A stretch of 64,000 bases of DNA from Ptychomitrium polyphyllum. Lineage: Eukaryota. The DNA is taken from contig OZ316776.1 in NCBI GenBank assembly GCA_973851085.1, positions 992,001-1,056,000 of the forward strand, in the 5' to 3' direction. Under the pieces are notes generated by a model that had not been told where the DNA came from, did not search any database, and saw nothing but the letters and a program-made list of their open reading frames with translations. Shown piece after piece: positions 51,916 through 64,000 of this stretch; the first letter of the stretch is position 1; each line of letters opens with the position of its first letter. The position numbers were made by a program, and so were the translations under genes.

Positions 51916-54900
51916 TGTCACGGACATAGATCAGGCAACATAGTCCTTAAAACATTCTAGAACCTTTTAGTATACTATAATAGCTTCTTAGAATACTTTT
52001 AGATGTCTCCACAGCCTTTCCATGTTCATAGGAAGCTTTCTACGAAAGTTCCTCCACCATGGAAAACTTCCTAGGAAATTTCCTATGAAGGTTCTATCAT
52101 CTTAGGTAACTTCCTAGGAAACTTCTTACGAAGGTTCCATCATCTTAAGAAACTTCCTAGGAAGGTTCCATCATCTTAGGAAACTTTCAAGGAATATTCC
52201 AACTCCTTGGAAACTTCTTGGAAAGGTTTCCTAGACTTCCACAACATTCTTAAACCTTATAGAAAGCTCCTTTAGAAGTATCCTAGTAGATACAAAAGTC
52301 ATAGTATAAATAGGAGGCAAGACAAGGTATACCTTAGTCTTGCCAACACAAGTTGTATATCATCTTGAATCCTGCCTTGTTCTAGTCTTTGTATCAAGTT
52401 CTTATTAATCATTAGCTCTTTGGAAGCTAATTCTTGGGAAACACTTTGTTTTTGCCTCTTGTTTTTTGTATTCCTAACAAATTGGCAAGACTGCTTTTTA
52501 TCTTTGTCAGAGCTAAGGTTCTTTGAAGAAGATTGTGGATTACCCATCTTCTTTAGGATTCCATAGCGTCTTAGAGGTTGCGGATTACCCTCCTCTAAGC
52601 TGGCACCATAGAGTTGGTTTCTCTTTTTAGAACCAAGTATTATTTCTTCCAAAGGACGTGGATTTTCTTCCTTTGAAGGTACTCATAGTCTTCTTGTCTT
52701 TGACAATCTTAAGAAATGTATAACGTGCCTGGAACATCAGAGAATAGGTTTGCAACTATTGCAGACCTTCAATAATTATTAAACATAGTATGAACGGAAC
52801 TCGCCCATTTTAATACCACCAATAATTTGGAGCAATACACTTGGCAAGCTGAAGAATCCAATGGTCATATTCAAAGCCTATATCAAGAGGTTGTTCGATT
52901 GCGAGAAGCCAATATTGGAAGGGAAGGCTTACGTCGAATCCATGCAGAGCCAAAGATTAGCATGCCAAACAAATTTGATGGATCAAGATTAAAATTGAGA
53001 GGCTTTGTTCAACAAGTAAGACTCTTCCTTAATTTGCATCAATCTCGCTATCCTGATGGCACAACTCAAGTAACATTTGTGGCCACTCTTGTCGCAATCC
53101 TTGTAATGCACCTTAGCAAGCGTCACGCGCGTCAACCTTGTACACCTCCACATGCACATGGTTAACCCCCATTATCACTTTCCAAGTCTCTCTACCATTT
53201 CTCTTAGGACATCCAATTTATTAGTAGCCAATGGTTAAGTGCGGACTTCCATTCATGTCCAAGGCCTCACTTGGTGTTACTTCCATTCCACACGGCCTAA
53301 CCGCACTTAGTGGGATCTCCTCACCACCACTCATGATGCCCATGTGATCCTAAGATCACACCGGGCCATCATGGTGCCGGCGTGAAGACACCACCCCAAC
53401 TTAGTGGTAACAAGCGTATCCTTTTAAACGTGCTAGTTCCCTTCGTGAAACCGGCCGTCCACCGGCTCACAATGGTGTGGGAGTTTCCGTGGTGAAGCCC
53501 CAATACTAGCTCCACCAACCGGGACTCACCCTTGGTCTCTATCGGGACACTAGGGGAGTGGGAAGGGAGACCAGCCCTCCCTTATAGTACTCTCTGTGGG
53601 ATTTGGCAGGCCCCCTGGCCCTCTGTAGCTGGCTGAACCCCGACACACCTAGAGTTTTGGAAGACCACCCGATCTCCCTTGGGACTTAGCCGCTGGAAGC
53701 CTCTGGGACTTCCAGCGGACCTTCAGGGAGCCATATCTTCCTCATTTGGTGCCCAAATGTCTTGAAAAACCACTCTATCGTCATCTACTCTTTGCGGAGA
53801 TGCCGATAGACTCCTCAAATGTCCGATTTGAGTTAGTATTGTGGGAGATACGCCTCTCCCAAGGTTCGGGACTCCCGGGAAGTCCCTCCCTAGACTGTCC
53901 CACTCCAGTACAATCACTGTGTGGGGCTGTCACACTCCAGAACAGTCCCTTGGCAACCCCAACTTTGGAATGCCATAACTTTTAGCTCCCTTGTCTGATT
54001 TAGATAATCTTTAGCATTCTAGAATCAACTCTTCGTGATTCTTCCAATGCCAGCCATCTATCCCTCGTGGCCCTTGGTTTACATGGGCAAAGATGTTTCT
54101 CCCCTTTAGGGGTCCTTCCCATACTAGGCCCACTCAGTTCCCCTCACTATCGGCGCCACAAGTCTCGGACGTCACTCCGGGGTCCCCCTTTTGCCCTTAG
54201 TATTGCGGGCACTCCTCAAAGAGAGGTGCGTGACAATTTTTTGATCCAGGTATGGTCATTTTGAATACAATGTCATGCCTTTTGGCCTTATTAATGCTCC
54301 CGCAGTCTTCCAACATATGATAAATGATATCTTCCATGAATATCTAGATGATTTTATAGTCATCTACTTAGATGATATTTTGATGTATTCAAAGGATGAA
54401 TAAGACCACGAATGTCATGTGCGACTGGTCTTAGAAAAATTACGCCAGCGAGAATTATATGCCAAATTGGAGAAGTGCCTTTCCATGAATCCTCGGTTGA
54501 ATTTTTAGGCTACATCATTTCCAAAGGATGAATCTATATGGATAAGAAAAAAATAAGCACTGTCATGGAATGGAGTATGCCAAGATCAATTCGAGATATT
54601 CAATGCTTCTTGAAATTTGCAAACTTCTACAGAATATTCATCAAGAATTATTCCAAGATTGCGGCATCATTAACATGTCTTACGGGGAAGCAAAAATTCA
54701 TTTGGGATGAAGAGGCGGAAAAAACATTTCAAAGTCTTAAGAAGTCATTTACGTCGACTTCAATTCTTATTCATCTAAATCGATCAAAGCCTTTTATTTG
54801 GAAGCGGATGCCTCAGATTTTGCACTTGGCTTAGTACTCTCACAATATAATGAAGACAGGAGACTTTATCCTCTTGCCTTTTGTTCAAGGGAGTTCTCAG

Positions 54901-55105
54901 CGGAAGAGATCAACTATGATATACATGATAAAGAACTACTTGCAATTGTGGATGCGTTTGAAGAATGGCGACACTTATTGGAAAGAGCTCAACATACCAT
55001 CACGATATACACAGACCACAAGAACTTGGAGCATTTCATAAGTGCGCGTGTTTTGAATCGCCGTCAAGCAAGGTGGAATATGTCGCTTTTCAGATTTGAC
55101 TTTCC
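51916..55105 (+). mobile_element. Decayed Ty3/Gypsy (chromovirus-type gag) retrotransposon copy 2: LTR from TGTCACGG at 51916, gag, nested solo LTR, partial RT, RNase H; 3'-truncated
   Basis: Gag [50 protein letters not shown]; RNase H EADASDFALG...NYDIHDKELLAIV...YTDHKNL. Short internal tandem repeats at ~52030-52230. Confidence 0.9.
53090..54235. mobile_element. Solo LTR (~1.15 kb) of a second family, nested in Gypsy copy 2, without a matching TSD
   Basis: TGTCGCA...TGCGTGACA termini; flanks are ACTCT and ATTTT; homologous to 32171-33338 in inverted orientation. Confidence 0.88.
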
Positions 55106-56063
55106 TTCAGACACTTCAAAAAAGTTGTAACAATTTCAAATTTTCACCAACACTTTTGATAAAATTCCAATTCATTATAGACACATGCTTTATTTACCAA
55201 ATGTATAAAAGTGATTTTTTTTATTATTCCCAAGATGATGGAATTGAATATTAAACCTAAAGTCCAATTCTTCAATTGTAATTTTATTCATTCAAGATTA
55301 TTCTTAAGCGATCAAAATATAGTTGATTTCATTTTCTAATCATTCATAAATTCACCTATTTGGTTATTTTTCATTGAAATATTATGTTGTTCATTAGTAA
55401 TGAAATTATTTAATGTTACCAAGTTCAAGTCTTTTAAGCTAGGCGTTGAGAATTTTTGAAACTCACTTATCTGTAGGTACTCCATGGGAGTCATAATAGA
55501 CATGTTATGCTTTACTCTTTTTTTAATCTGATCATCTTGTAGGACCAAAAGAAGTGATATATTTCTTATTTTTCCTTTGCTAGAGTAACACTTAGTCACT
55601 TGCTCTATAATGTTTGTTTCTGTAGGCGGCTGCTAAACTAATCATTGCTTGTCTAGCAGCTCACCACTTCTTATATCACTGGGCACTAATTCACTTAATT
55701 AATTCTTAATTGCAAGAAGAGTAACAAACATATCATGTTGTTTTCTTTGTGAAGAGAGGCACATTGTACACAATCTATTATTGAAGCATCCATAGGGACA
55801 TGTGCAATCATAGATTTGGTAGATTACCAAATGAATGTATTCAAATTTTGACCGCATCTCAATGTTCAAACTCTGTAGCTCCACATGAGCTACAAATGAA
55901 AGGAAATCGCCATCCTATGAGTGATAATTCCCATTCAAATTGACCACAAAGAAGAAAATAGCTTCTTGTACTCACTAACAGGATCCACTCTATATGATTG
56001 AAGGCAGAAGGCAGAATGCATGTTTGTAAAGTACCCGTTGTGCCAAAACTTTCAGCAGCACAA

Positions 56064-57350
56064 CTAATTGTGCTTCCCAAAGTGCCTATTCCTATTCTGA
56101 TATGCAACTAAGGCAGAGCCCCAAAGTCCGGCCGCAGAGAGTCTACAAAGCTCTGTGTAGGTCGTTTGCCAAGGAAGGAAATTGCTGAGCCGCTGCTCTC
56201 CACTAGTTATGGTCAACAAATCTGGGTCCCCTGCATAGTCTAACCAGCTCGTCTTTAGCTCTTCCTCAATGGCATTCTTGGTGATGTTCCATGAGCTCAA
56301 TGTTCCAGCCTTCACTTTGGCTGGCAGGCTTTGGCAAGCATTGGCAATGTCATTTCGACCATTGTAACTTACAGCGGCACAAAACTTGAGCCCAGTGTGG
56401 TGTTTTGTGTGCTCTTCCAACGCTGACACGGTGTTGCCCAATGAATCAGGTAATAATGTTGAATCATCGATGCAATGCATCTGAACGTTCTCCTTTTCCA
56501 GAAAAAGATAGTATTAGTTGAATCTTTGATTTATAGAATGCAAGTGTTAACAAAGTCAAGAAATCTGTGGTTTTCTGATTGTTGGATTAAAGAGCAAGTG
56601 ATGTTCAATGATTGAATGTAAAAATTACTTGGTTGATTCTTAAGCTCAACATATTTTCAAATAATAACATTAAGAAGTCAACCTTTATCTGCATCTATAC
56701 TTTTAAACTAAAATTGCCCCTAATGATGTTTCATGGAACAACTCACTTGGTGAAAAAATATAATCTGTTCTTGATGCTATTCTCATTAGTAGCATTAAGA
56801 AGTCAACCTCCATTTGCAACAATCCCAAGGGAAGAAAGTCTGATGAGACTCTCACAACAAAAATCCAACACATGAAGCCTTTCAAAGATTCATTTTCAAC
56901 TTAGAAAGTTTGCAACTGGGAATCCATGGAGTTCAAGGATGGACACAAGTTTGGAATACGTTTCATGTCAAAAACTGTGTCGGACACCTACAGACATGCA
57001 ATAATATGAAATGTATTCCAAATGACATTCATGGTACTTTAGACATGCAGACGGCTAGGAACTGTTTACTGAAGAGCTAAAACAAACTATGAAAATTACT
57101 ATTAAGAGTTCATTTAATGCATAACCTGGGTCGCAACCAGTTCTTAGTAGAGAAGGCAAAGACTGTGAGGACTTTAACACCCAAAGTATTGGCTAGTTCA
57201 ATAACTTCACAGAGTGATTGCATCCAAGCTCTACAGCCCATCTTTGTAGGCTTCTGGCTTTGCTTTGCCCACCTTCCATTTCCATCCATGATGATAAGAA
57301 CATGTTTTCATACAGCAGAGGCATCGAGTTCCTCTTATAGTAATCGCTGT
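56064..57350 (-). pseudogene. cis-prenyltransferase (undecaprenyl/dehydrodolichyl-PP synthase family) pseudogene
   Basis: Exon ~57350-57126 reads LL*EELDASAV*KHVLIIMDGNGRWAK...LTVFAFSTKNWLRP. EVDFLM exon(s) at 56813-56747 and 56688-56629. Last exon has SYNGRNDI...DPDLLTITSGEQRLSNFLPWQ...RNRHFG. Stops, a frameshift around WPDF and loss of the conserved R in IRTSGE. Confidence 0.88.
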
Positions 57351-57949
57351 GCTTTGCCAGTGTCATTAGACAGCTGCACAAAGCTTTCATGAATGAGAAT
57401 CACAGCAATGTACATGAGCAGAACATCACAACATCCAGAAGAAAACAAAAACCCTGAGACACCCCTATCCTGAAATATAAAATTAATCACAAGTGTCTAA
57501 GTTATGATCATTACTTACAGCCAAGTAATAACGAAAGACCCAACCCTCACATGTACAAAAATCCTGGCAGTGCGTGAGTGTTCCTTACTATTCAAGGTCA
57601 CTTCGGATAAAGCTGCTGGAACTTGGCTGAAATACTTAGATAAGAGTTGCTATGCTTTTAATTTGGCATTTCCCTAAGAATACTTTCTTACATGACAAGG
57701 GTTTACAAGTAGAGCCATGAACAACATTGACAGCACTTTAGAAATCAGAATAGACAAATTTAGTTGAAGAATTGACAATCAGTGAGCAAGAACAAGTTGG
57801 ATTAATCACCTATTCAATGGATGAAATGAGCAAAGCTTGATAATCCAAAGTTAATTCTCATTTGTTGAGATGCCAAATCACAACAATAAGAAAATTGTTG
57901 AATAGACCTAGAATGTATCAGAATGAGCAAGTGCAACATGATCCATTTT

Positions 57950-60550
57950 GAGGAAGCCAACCACCAAAACTTTTGTAAATTCATGACATCTTATTCCATC
58001 TAAATCTTTTTTATCAAAATTACAATTGCTTTATTTATAATAAATATAGTAATAATGAAAATAATCTTATGAGGTCTCTTAATGGCACATAATTATAATC
58101 TACAAGAATCACATTCATCAGATAGATACTATCACAACATTTTAAAATTACCTTTACAAGAAACAATGCATGTATTTCTCAGCATGAAGGTTGTATTCAA
58201 TTTCTCAGCATGAAGCACTACAAATAAAGTATGAATTTTTAAAATTTGGTTCATTATTAATGTAGAAAATTTTATCCATTTTGGCAAAAATGTAATACAA
58301 ATCTATTATGTACAATATGTGATGTCCAAATTTAATATTCAAATAAAATTTTATTAAGAACTAGGTGTTTTATATAATCCTTGTTGTTTGAAATACAAAT
58401 ATAATAGTTATATCTGATTGGTTTTAGTCATGATTTTAATATCCAACCATACAATTAAATAACTTTAAGCCATTTATTATTTAATTTAAAAAAAGTCCTA
58501 TTGAAACAAAGGAATTATTTTCGAGTTGATGTATCTATGTTCTTCTTTATTAATATATTTTTTTAAATTTAATTATTAATTTTAAAAAAAAAACATCTTA
58601 TTAACTTTCCAACAATTGCAAATTCCTTATTCCTATTTCTAGCATGGTTATTCTCCAATTGATTCAATTATGTGAATATTTCAACTTTTTATTTGTGATG
58701 TTTCTCAACTTTTAACAAAGTTTATAGAAATTATCTAAATGTAAATACATTTGTTAATATTTCTTTTACCATTTTATTTCTACTTAATTATATTCCAATT
58801 GATATATCCTTTATTGTATATGAACTTTTTATTAATACTTTTCTATTGATGACATATTTAAATTCTCTCACTAAATTTGATTGAATGGATTCAATATAAA
58901 ATGATCATATTTATAATAGATTCTTTCACTAACTCGTCCAATTATCTTTATTCCATTTGTTTTTTATATATGTTTTTACAATTCTTTATTGGTCTTTATA
59001 TTGACTCATATTTCCAATATAATTTCCAACATATTATTTATATTATAATGAAATTATTTCTTATTATAAATAGTATATTATTTTCTAAGTTAATATCCAA
59101 TTATTTGTTTTTATTTTATTTTAATATTTACAATGCCACTTTAAATTACTTATTCAACAATACATTATATAATTCAATAGTCAATTACTTCTAATTACAT
59201 TTAATACATAATTGCTTAAGCATTAAGGATAAATGTTTAAGGATGTTTTTTTAGATGTTAGTTCAATAAAAGAAAATCCTACCTTCCTAAAAGAAAATCA
59301 CCACCAAGTGGTCTAATAAAAATTTAATACCATTTGTTACTTAAAAATTCAACACCATGCAGTATACTTTGTTTTTTTTAAATATTCACTACTTTTACAT
59401 ACTCCACCTAATTCTTTCTAATAAATGATTTTCTCTTAAAAAATTAGTACATAAATTAAAATTACATCATAATAATATTAATCTGATTGCGCATTTAAAA
59501 TGACAATAAAACACGCAAATGCTTGCAATTTAATTACTTAGCGGTTTACATTCCAATAATATTTTTGTTATTGAAGACAATCATAAATCCCTCATTCGTG
59601 TAAAATACTTAATATTTAATAATCTTGGGCTTTTTTTTTATTCATCTTTGATTATAGGAATGCTTGATTTAATTTGTAATTTCCTCAAATAAAGATTTTT
59701 TGCTTGAACTAGAATTTAAGAATGCTTTTATCACCAAATATGTCATGTGAATTATTGATATATATTGGAATTGTCAAATTAATATTTTTTTTGTTTTGGA
59801 ACCTTCAGCATCTATATTTCTATATTCATTTGTTTCTAGAATTGTTTTTTACCTCATTTGAACTCATTAGAGACAAATTTAACTCCTATTTTATTAATTT
59901 TTTATTATTGTGAAATTAAATTATGATTTATATTCCAAATCTTATGCTCATGAAGTTATTTAGTTAATCAAATTTGATTAAAAAATGAAGTTGTGGATAA
60001 TAATAAAAATTATAGATTATTCCAAAGAGCTATTTAGTTTGCACTTGAAAGATATAAATCATTTATTACTCAATATAATGCAATTTGGACAAAATTTCTA
60101 ATGAATATATTTTGTTTTGAATTAAAATATTTTATTCTTTGCTCATAGCTTGATTATAATTAAATGAATTATTATCATGAAATACTAGTGATTAAGTAGA
60201 TAAAGATATTTGTGTCATGAATTAGTATCCTAACAATGCATTTCTAAAAGATTTTAAAAGATGTTCCATATTCATATATATTTATTTGTTAAATAAGTTC
60301 TTGTTAAAGACAAAAAGGTCAATAATTTAATACAATATGTATACAATATTTTTGATACGATGAATAGTTTCTATTTAATAGGATGAATCTCAACTTATTG
60401 CAAAAAATTGATAAGTTTTACACTAATATGCTTTAAAATGATAAGATGGAACTTTATTTTGATTAATTTCATTGTTAAAAAGTACCTTGTAGAAAATGAA
60501 GTTTGATTAAGAAGGTGAAGGTTGTTCCATCATCGATTGTTGCATCATTT
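57950..60550. other. Second AT-rich decayed tract
   Basis: Very low GC, only spurious low-complexity ORFs. Confidence 0.55.
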
Positions 60551-61579
60551 CTTTACTAAGCACTATATGTCTCACATCTTATGAGCTTCGGCCCAGGAAT
60601 CATAAGAATCAATAGAAATCCATGTGTAACTGCAAGCTTCCAAAGGCTTTTTATTTTAAAGTTCTTGTGAACATTGACTTAGAAATAGAAGCGAATTTGG
60701 AGCGCAATGGTCACCTTGATGACATAATGTATTGTACTATTTTGAATGTAATCTGCATTATTGATGTGCAACCAATTTTTGAATGTTTTAACTTTATCTC
60801 TGCTTATTCATACATATCAATTAAGAAATTTTAGATATAACTTTTGCATCTTTTTATTTTTTGTTCTATTTATCTACCTTAACAACAATTGTACAGAGAC
60901 TTGTGTTAAATGGCATCACATCAAAGATGTCCTGCCTTACTTGTTTAATATAGGAAAGATTTTTGATATACCTCCTTTAAATGTGTTCTATTGCACTTGT
61001 AGGCAGAAGAGCTCAAGTGGTGGAGAAGCAAGCACTTTAATACGGGTACTCGAGTTTCTCGCCTTCTTCTGGAGGAGCTCCTCCCACCATCCGGGGCTAA
61101 GAAGCGGGTGAAACTGAAGGCACAAGCCACATGGTAGGTGGAAATGGTCCGGTCAGCTTGGGCAGCAACTCGTGCATGGTCCCCAATTCCCAGCCTTTCC
61201 AGGCGCGGGTCCATTCCACCCGTCAGCCACCACTGCCTCTTAGCCGCCCCCACCACCCGGAAACGGGGCATCGCAGGTAATACCGTGGCACTCTTCCAAC
61301 TGAAACCGGGTTTGCACCTACCACCTCTGCCGGCAGTGGTGACCGGGCATCAATCCGACTCATTAAAACAGTCCCCCGGAGTCAGATACAAAGATGCACA
61401 CCCAAAAACCATCAGTATACCTAGATCGGACGAAATATACCGAGGACAAACATTGTGTCAGATGGATCTGAATGGCGGGTAGATAACGGTTTTGGGTACA
61501 GTAACAGTTCAGGATATGAGCCTTGAGAGTTTGGTGTCGTCGCTTTGACACGGTTTCTGGTGCGCTCGTCTTGTTTTTC

Positions 61580-64000
61580 AGGAGAGAGAGGGACAGAGAG
61601 ACGGAGAGAGCTTTTCTCCTTCCCCAAAACCTAGACTCCCCTTCCATCTCCCCCTTGCTCCTCCAATTCTTGCGTCTCCGACAGGCACCGCTCGCATGCG
61701 CATTCTGCCGCCGGTTCGCGCTTCCTTAAGCTTCCGATCGACCTATGACGCTCCCATTTTGGCTCTGTATTGCGCAGTTGATGCGTCTTCAAGGTCCAGA
61801 GTTGCTTCCCTAACGATTGTGAAGCTTTGTTTTATTTCGTGGCTCTGTTTACTGGGAGTGGCGGGAGGGACGGGTGCTGAGAAGGCGCGGAGGTGGTTTG
61901 GAGAGGAGAAACTGTACAATTGAGGTATGGATGAGTTGCGTATTGGTATTTTGGAGCTTGATTATGTGCTTTGGGGTTTGGAGTTTGGTGCAGGGAGTTT
62001 GGGAGTGTTGATTGGAGCGATTGTGAGGTAGGCGGGAGGGGCGCGGAAGAGTGAGGTTTGTGATCGGGATTTTTTCTGGAAGTTTCGGTTTTGGTAAGGT
62101 GGCTTGGCCATTGATCAGTCAGGGAGTTCATTGGCGACGCTGAGGTTTGATTGTCTTCTTCTTGTACCTTGTCGACGCTTCGTTGCATTCCTATAGTCTT
62201 GTTCTTGGGTACATTGTTTTTCGGCCTCTCGAGTTACTCTGAGGTCATCAATCGATTGCGTGTACAAGGGCGGAAACTTGACACTTGGAGCCCGTGGTGA
62301 TGAAGTATTTTGACTCGGTTGGAATATGAGTCGTCTGGTCGTGAATTTCGAGATTTATGATTTGATTCTGCCCTCATATCCTTGCCATTTCCACAACTTT
62401 TCTTGGCGCTCTTTTCTTAAATTGGTATTGAAGGAGCTTTCACCAAGTGATGACGAAGATACACTTCACAGAGACAAAAGTATGCTTAGGCTTCATCTCG
62501 TGCTCAACATGATTTATTATTGGTTTCGTCGGGCATTGCAAGGCGCGAACTGTTGTGAAAGCCTCTTAATTATGTCGGTCATGCTCATTTCCGTTTTTAT
62601 TCTCGTGCCTGTACTTTGCTTAGCGACATACCTTGCGCAAATGTTTTGTTGGCACCTTGAGGCATCCGACCTGTTGATTGCTGCCTATGTTTTGTTTTTT
62701 CGTGGAGCAATTGTATGCGATTCACAGTTTCTAGTGCATCTGAGGCAATTGGCTTGGGTTGGACCTGAAATTTAGGCTTCTCGCTTTCATGGACTTAGTG
62801 GACACTTGACTTAACGAGCTCTACTTACAGGGTTTCTGTGGTCATGTTACAAGGCAACAATTAGAGCAGTTTCTCTCCTCGTTCTTGAGTGAGACGCCTG
62901 CTCTCTTTCGGACTGGAAGGGAAGTTTCACAGAGTCGGATCATTGCCGACGTTTTAGATCTCCACGAGGCCACTTGACTAGTAGGAAACTGCCCAGAGCA
63001 GCGGGTGAGATTCGATATTACTTTGAAATTTAGAGTGCCTCCTACATCTCGGCGAAGCAGAGGATCACCACGTTTGCTTCGCAAAACTCTCTTGAAGGAG
63101 ACGTTTGCCTAACAAGTCGACCGAGGTTTCAGAGAGGTTTTGACAGGGGTGTCACAGAGTAGCAGGGCTTTTTGTTGAAGGTTACTGTCCAACGCCTGTT
63201 CAGATCTGCAGTACTGTACTCTCTGCCGTCTTTTGACTAATTTTTAGTATCTCAATTATACCAAAGCAAAAGTAGGTTCTACCTAATTGCCAGGAGCACA
63301 TGGTTACTTAATATGCTGCTCACAAAGTATCTGATTTAGTAAAACCTACTTTTACTCTGTTCATAGGTAGAGTTTGCTGAAGTGGTGAAGACAGCAGAGG
63401 AGGCTTCCAGGGTAAAGTGGCGGAGGGATGTCATGGAATGCTGCGAATCATCAGCTTCAATGAAGAGCTTAAAGTAGACAAGTTGCTTTCAGATCTTCCT
63501 AATGTAATTTTCTTCACTCTTATTGAATTACTGGTCATTTGATGAGGTTCTATTGAGAAATTAAGTTCTCTTGCTCAACTTTTTGGGCACTGATGAAATC
63601 ATTGCTTTTCAAAATTTTCAAGAGTAATGAGAATCTCCTGAGCATTTTATCAAATCTGATACCTCTGATGGATTCCAACGGCGTGATTTGGTAACCAAAA
63701 CTATTACCCTATCAAATTCAAACCTTGAATTCATCAGAGGTCTTGACACAATCAGTGCACAATCTGTAAGAGGAGCATGCAAATCCAGAAAATATTCGAT
63801 ACAATAATTATTTCCTGTCTTGGGGCCTTGTTGAGTACGTGCTGTGCCTCAATAATGACAAAGTACGTTTTTTGAAATTACGCATGTGTTACTGGTTTTT
63901 GAACACTGGTCTGTCATGGAGCCGCAATCATGATGTTACACTTCATAGAGTAAAGTGATTATGAACCTCCATATAATGGTGCACATTGTTTCACAGGCTG
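61580..64000 (+). other. Probable 5' end (GA/CT-rich 5'UTR and long leader intron) of a gene continuing beyond the window
   Basis: GC-rich promoter-like stretch at 61100-61400, GAGA/CT-rich leader, donor GAG|gtatgg at ~61925, GT-rich intron-like sequence, and candidate acceptor ttcatag at ~63367. No identifiable CDS. Confidence 0.4.

Noticed and set aside
58877..59194. 105-aa F/I/Y/N-rich ORF resembling an organellar membrane protein
   Set aside because: Composition is explained by extreme AT content; no motif.
62326..62775. 149-aa plus-strand ORF
   Set aside because: T-rich, intron-like sequence giving a hydrophobic translation with no recognisable domain.

Overview
Eukaryotic, intron-containing nuclear DNA. 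Gene content, splice style and transposon landscape point to a moss (Physcomitrium-like; inferred, not proven). Left part: two RS2Z-type SR splicing-factor genes (RRM + 2 Zn knuckles + RS domain) lie tail-to-tail (721-3988 +, 12671-15884 -). Their 3' ~2.9 kb form a near-perfect inverted repeat (1766-4636 / 12003-14893), while their first coding exons and 5' introns have diverged. The 7.4-kb spacer holds a decayed copia remnant and a PEPT1/SLC15-like POT transporter. Next come a probable mitochondrial 'embryogenesis-like' protein gene, a lipid phosphate phosphatase (LPP) gene, a 400-aa orphan ORF and a captured LPP fragment flanked by direct repeats. Centre/right: kinase remnants and two decayed Ty3/Gypsy copies, each carrying a solo LTR of a second family; a two-B3-domain gene with a ~39-copy Ser/Thr/Pro heptapeptide array and an early in-frame stop; long AT-rich decayed tracts; a cis-prenyltransferase pseudogene with a duplicated exon; and the probable 5' end of another gene. 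The most striking signal is the partially homogenised, GC-elevated inverted RS2Z pair, which looks like ongoing gene conversion and may form an invertible cassette. All comparisons were made by eye, with no alignments or database searches.
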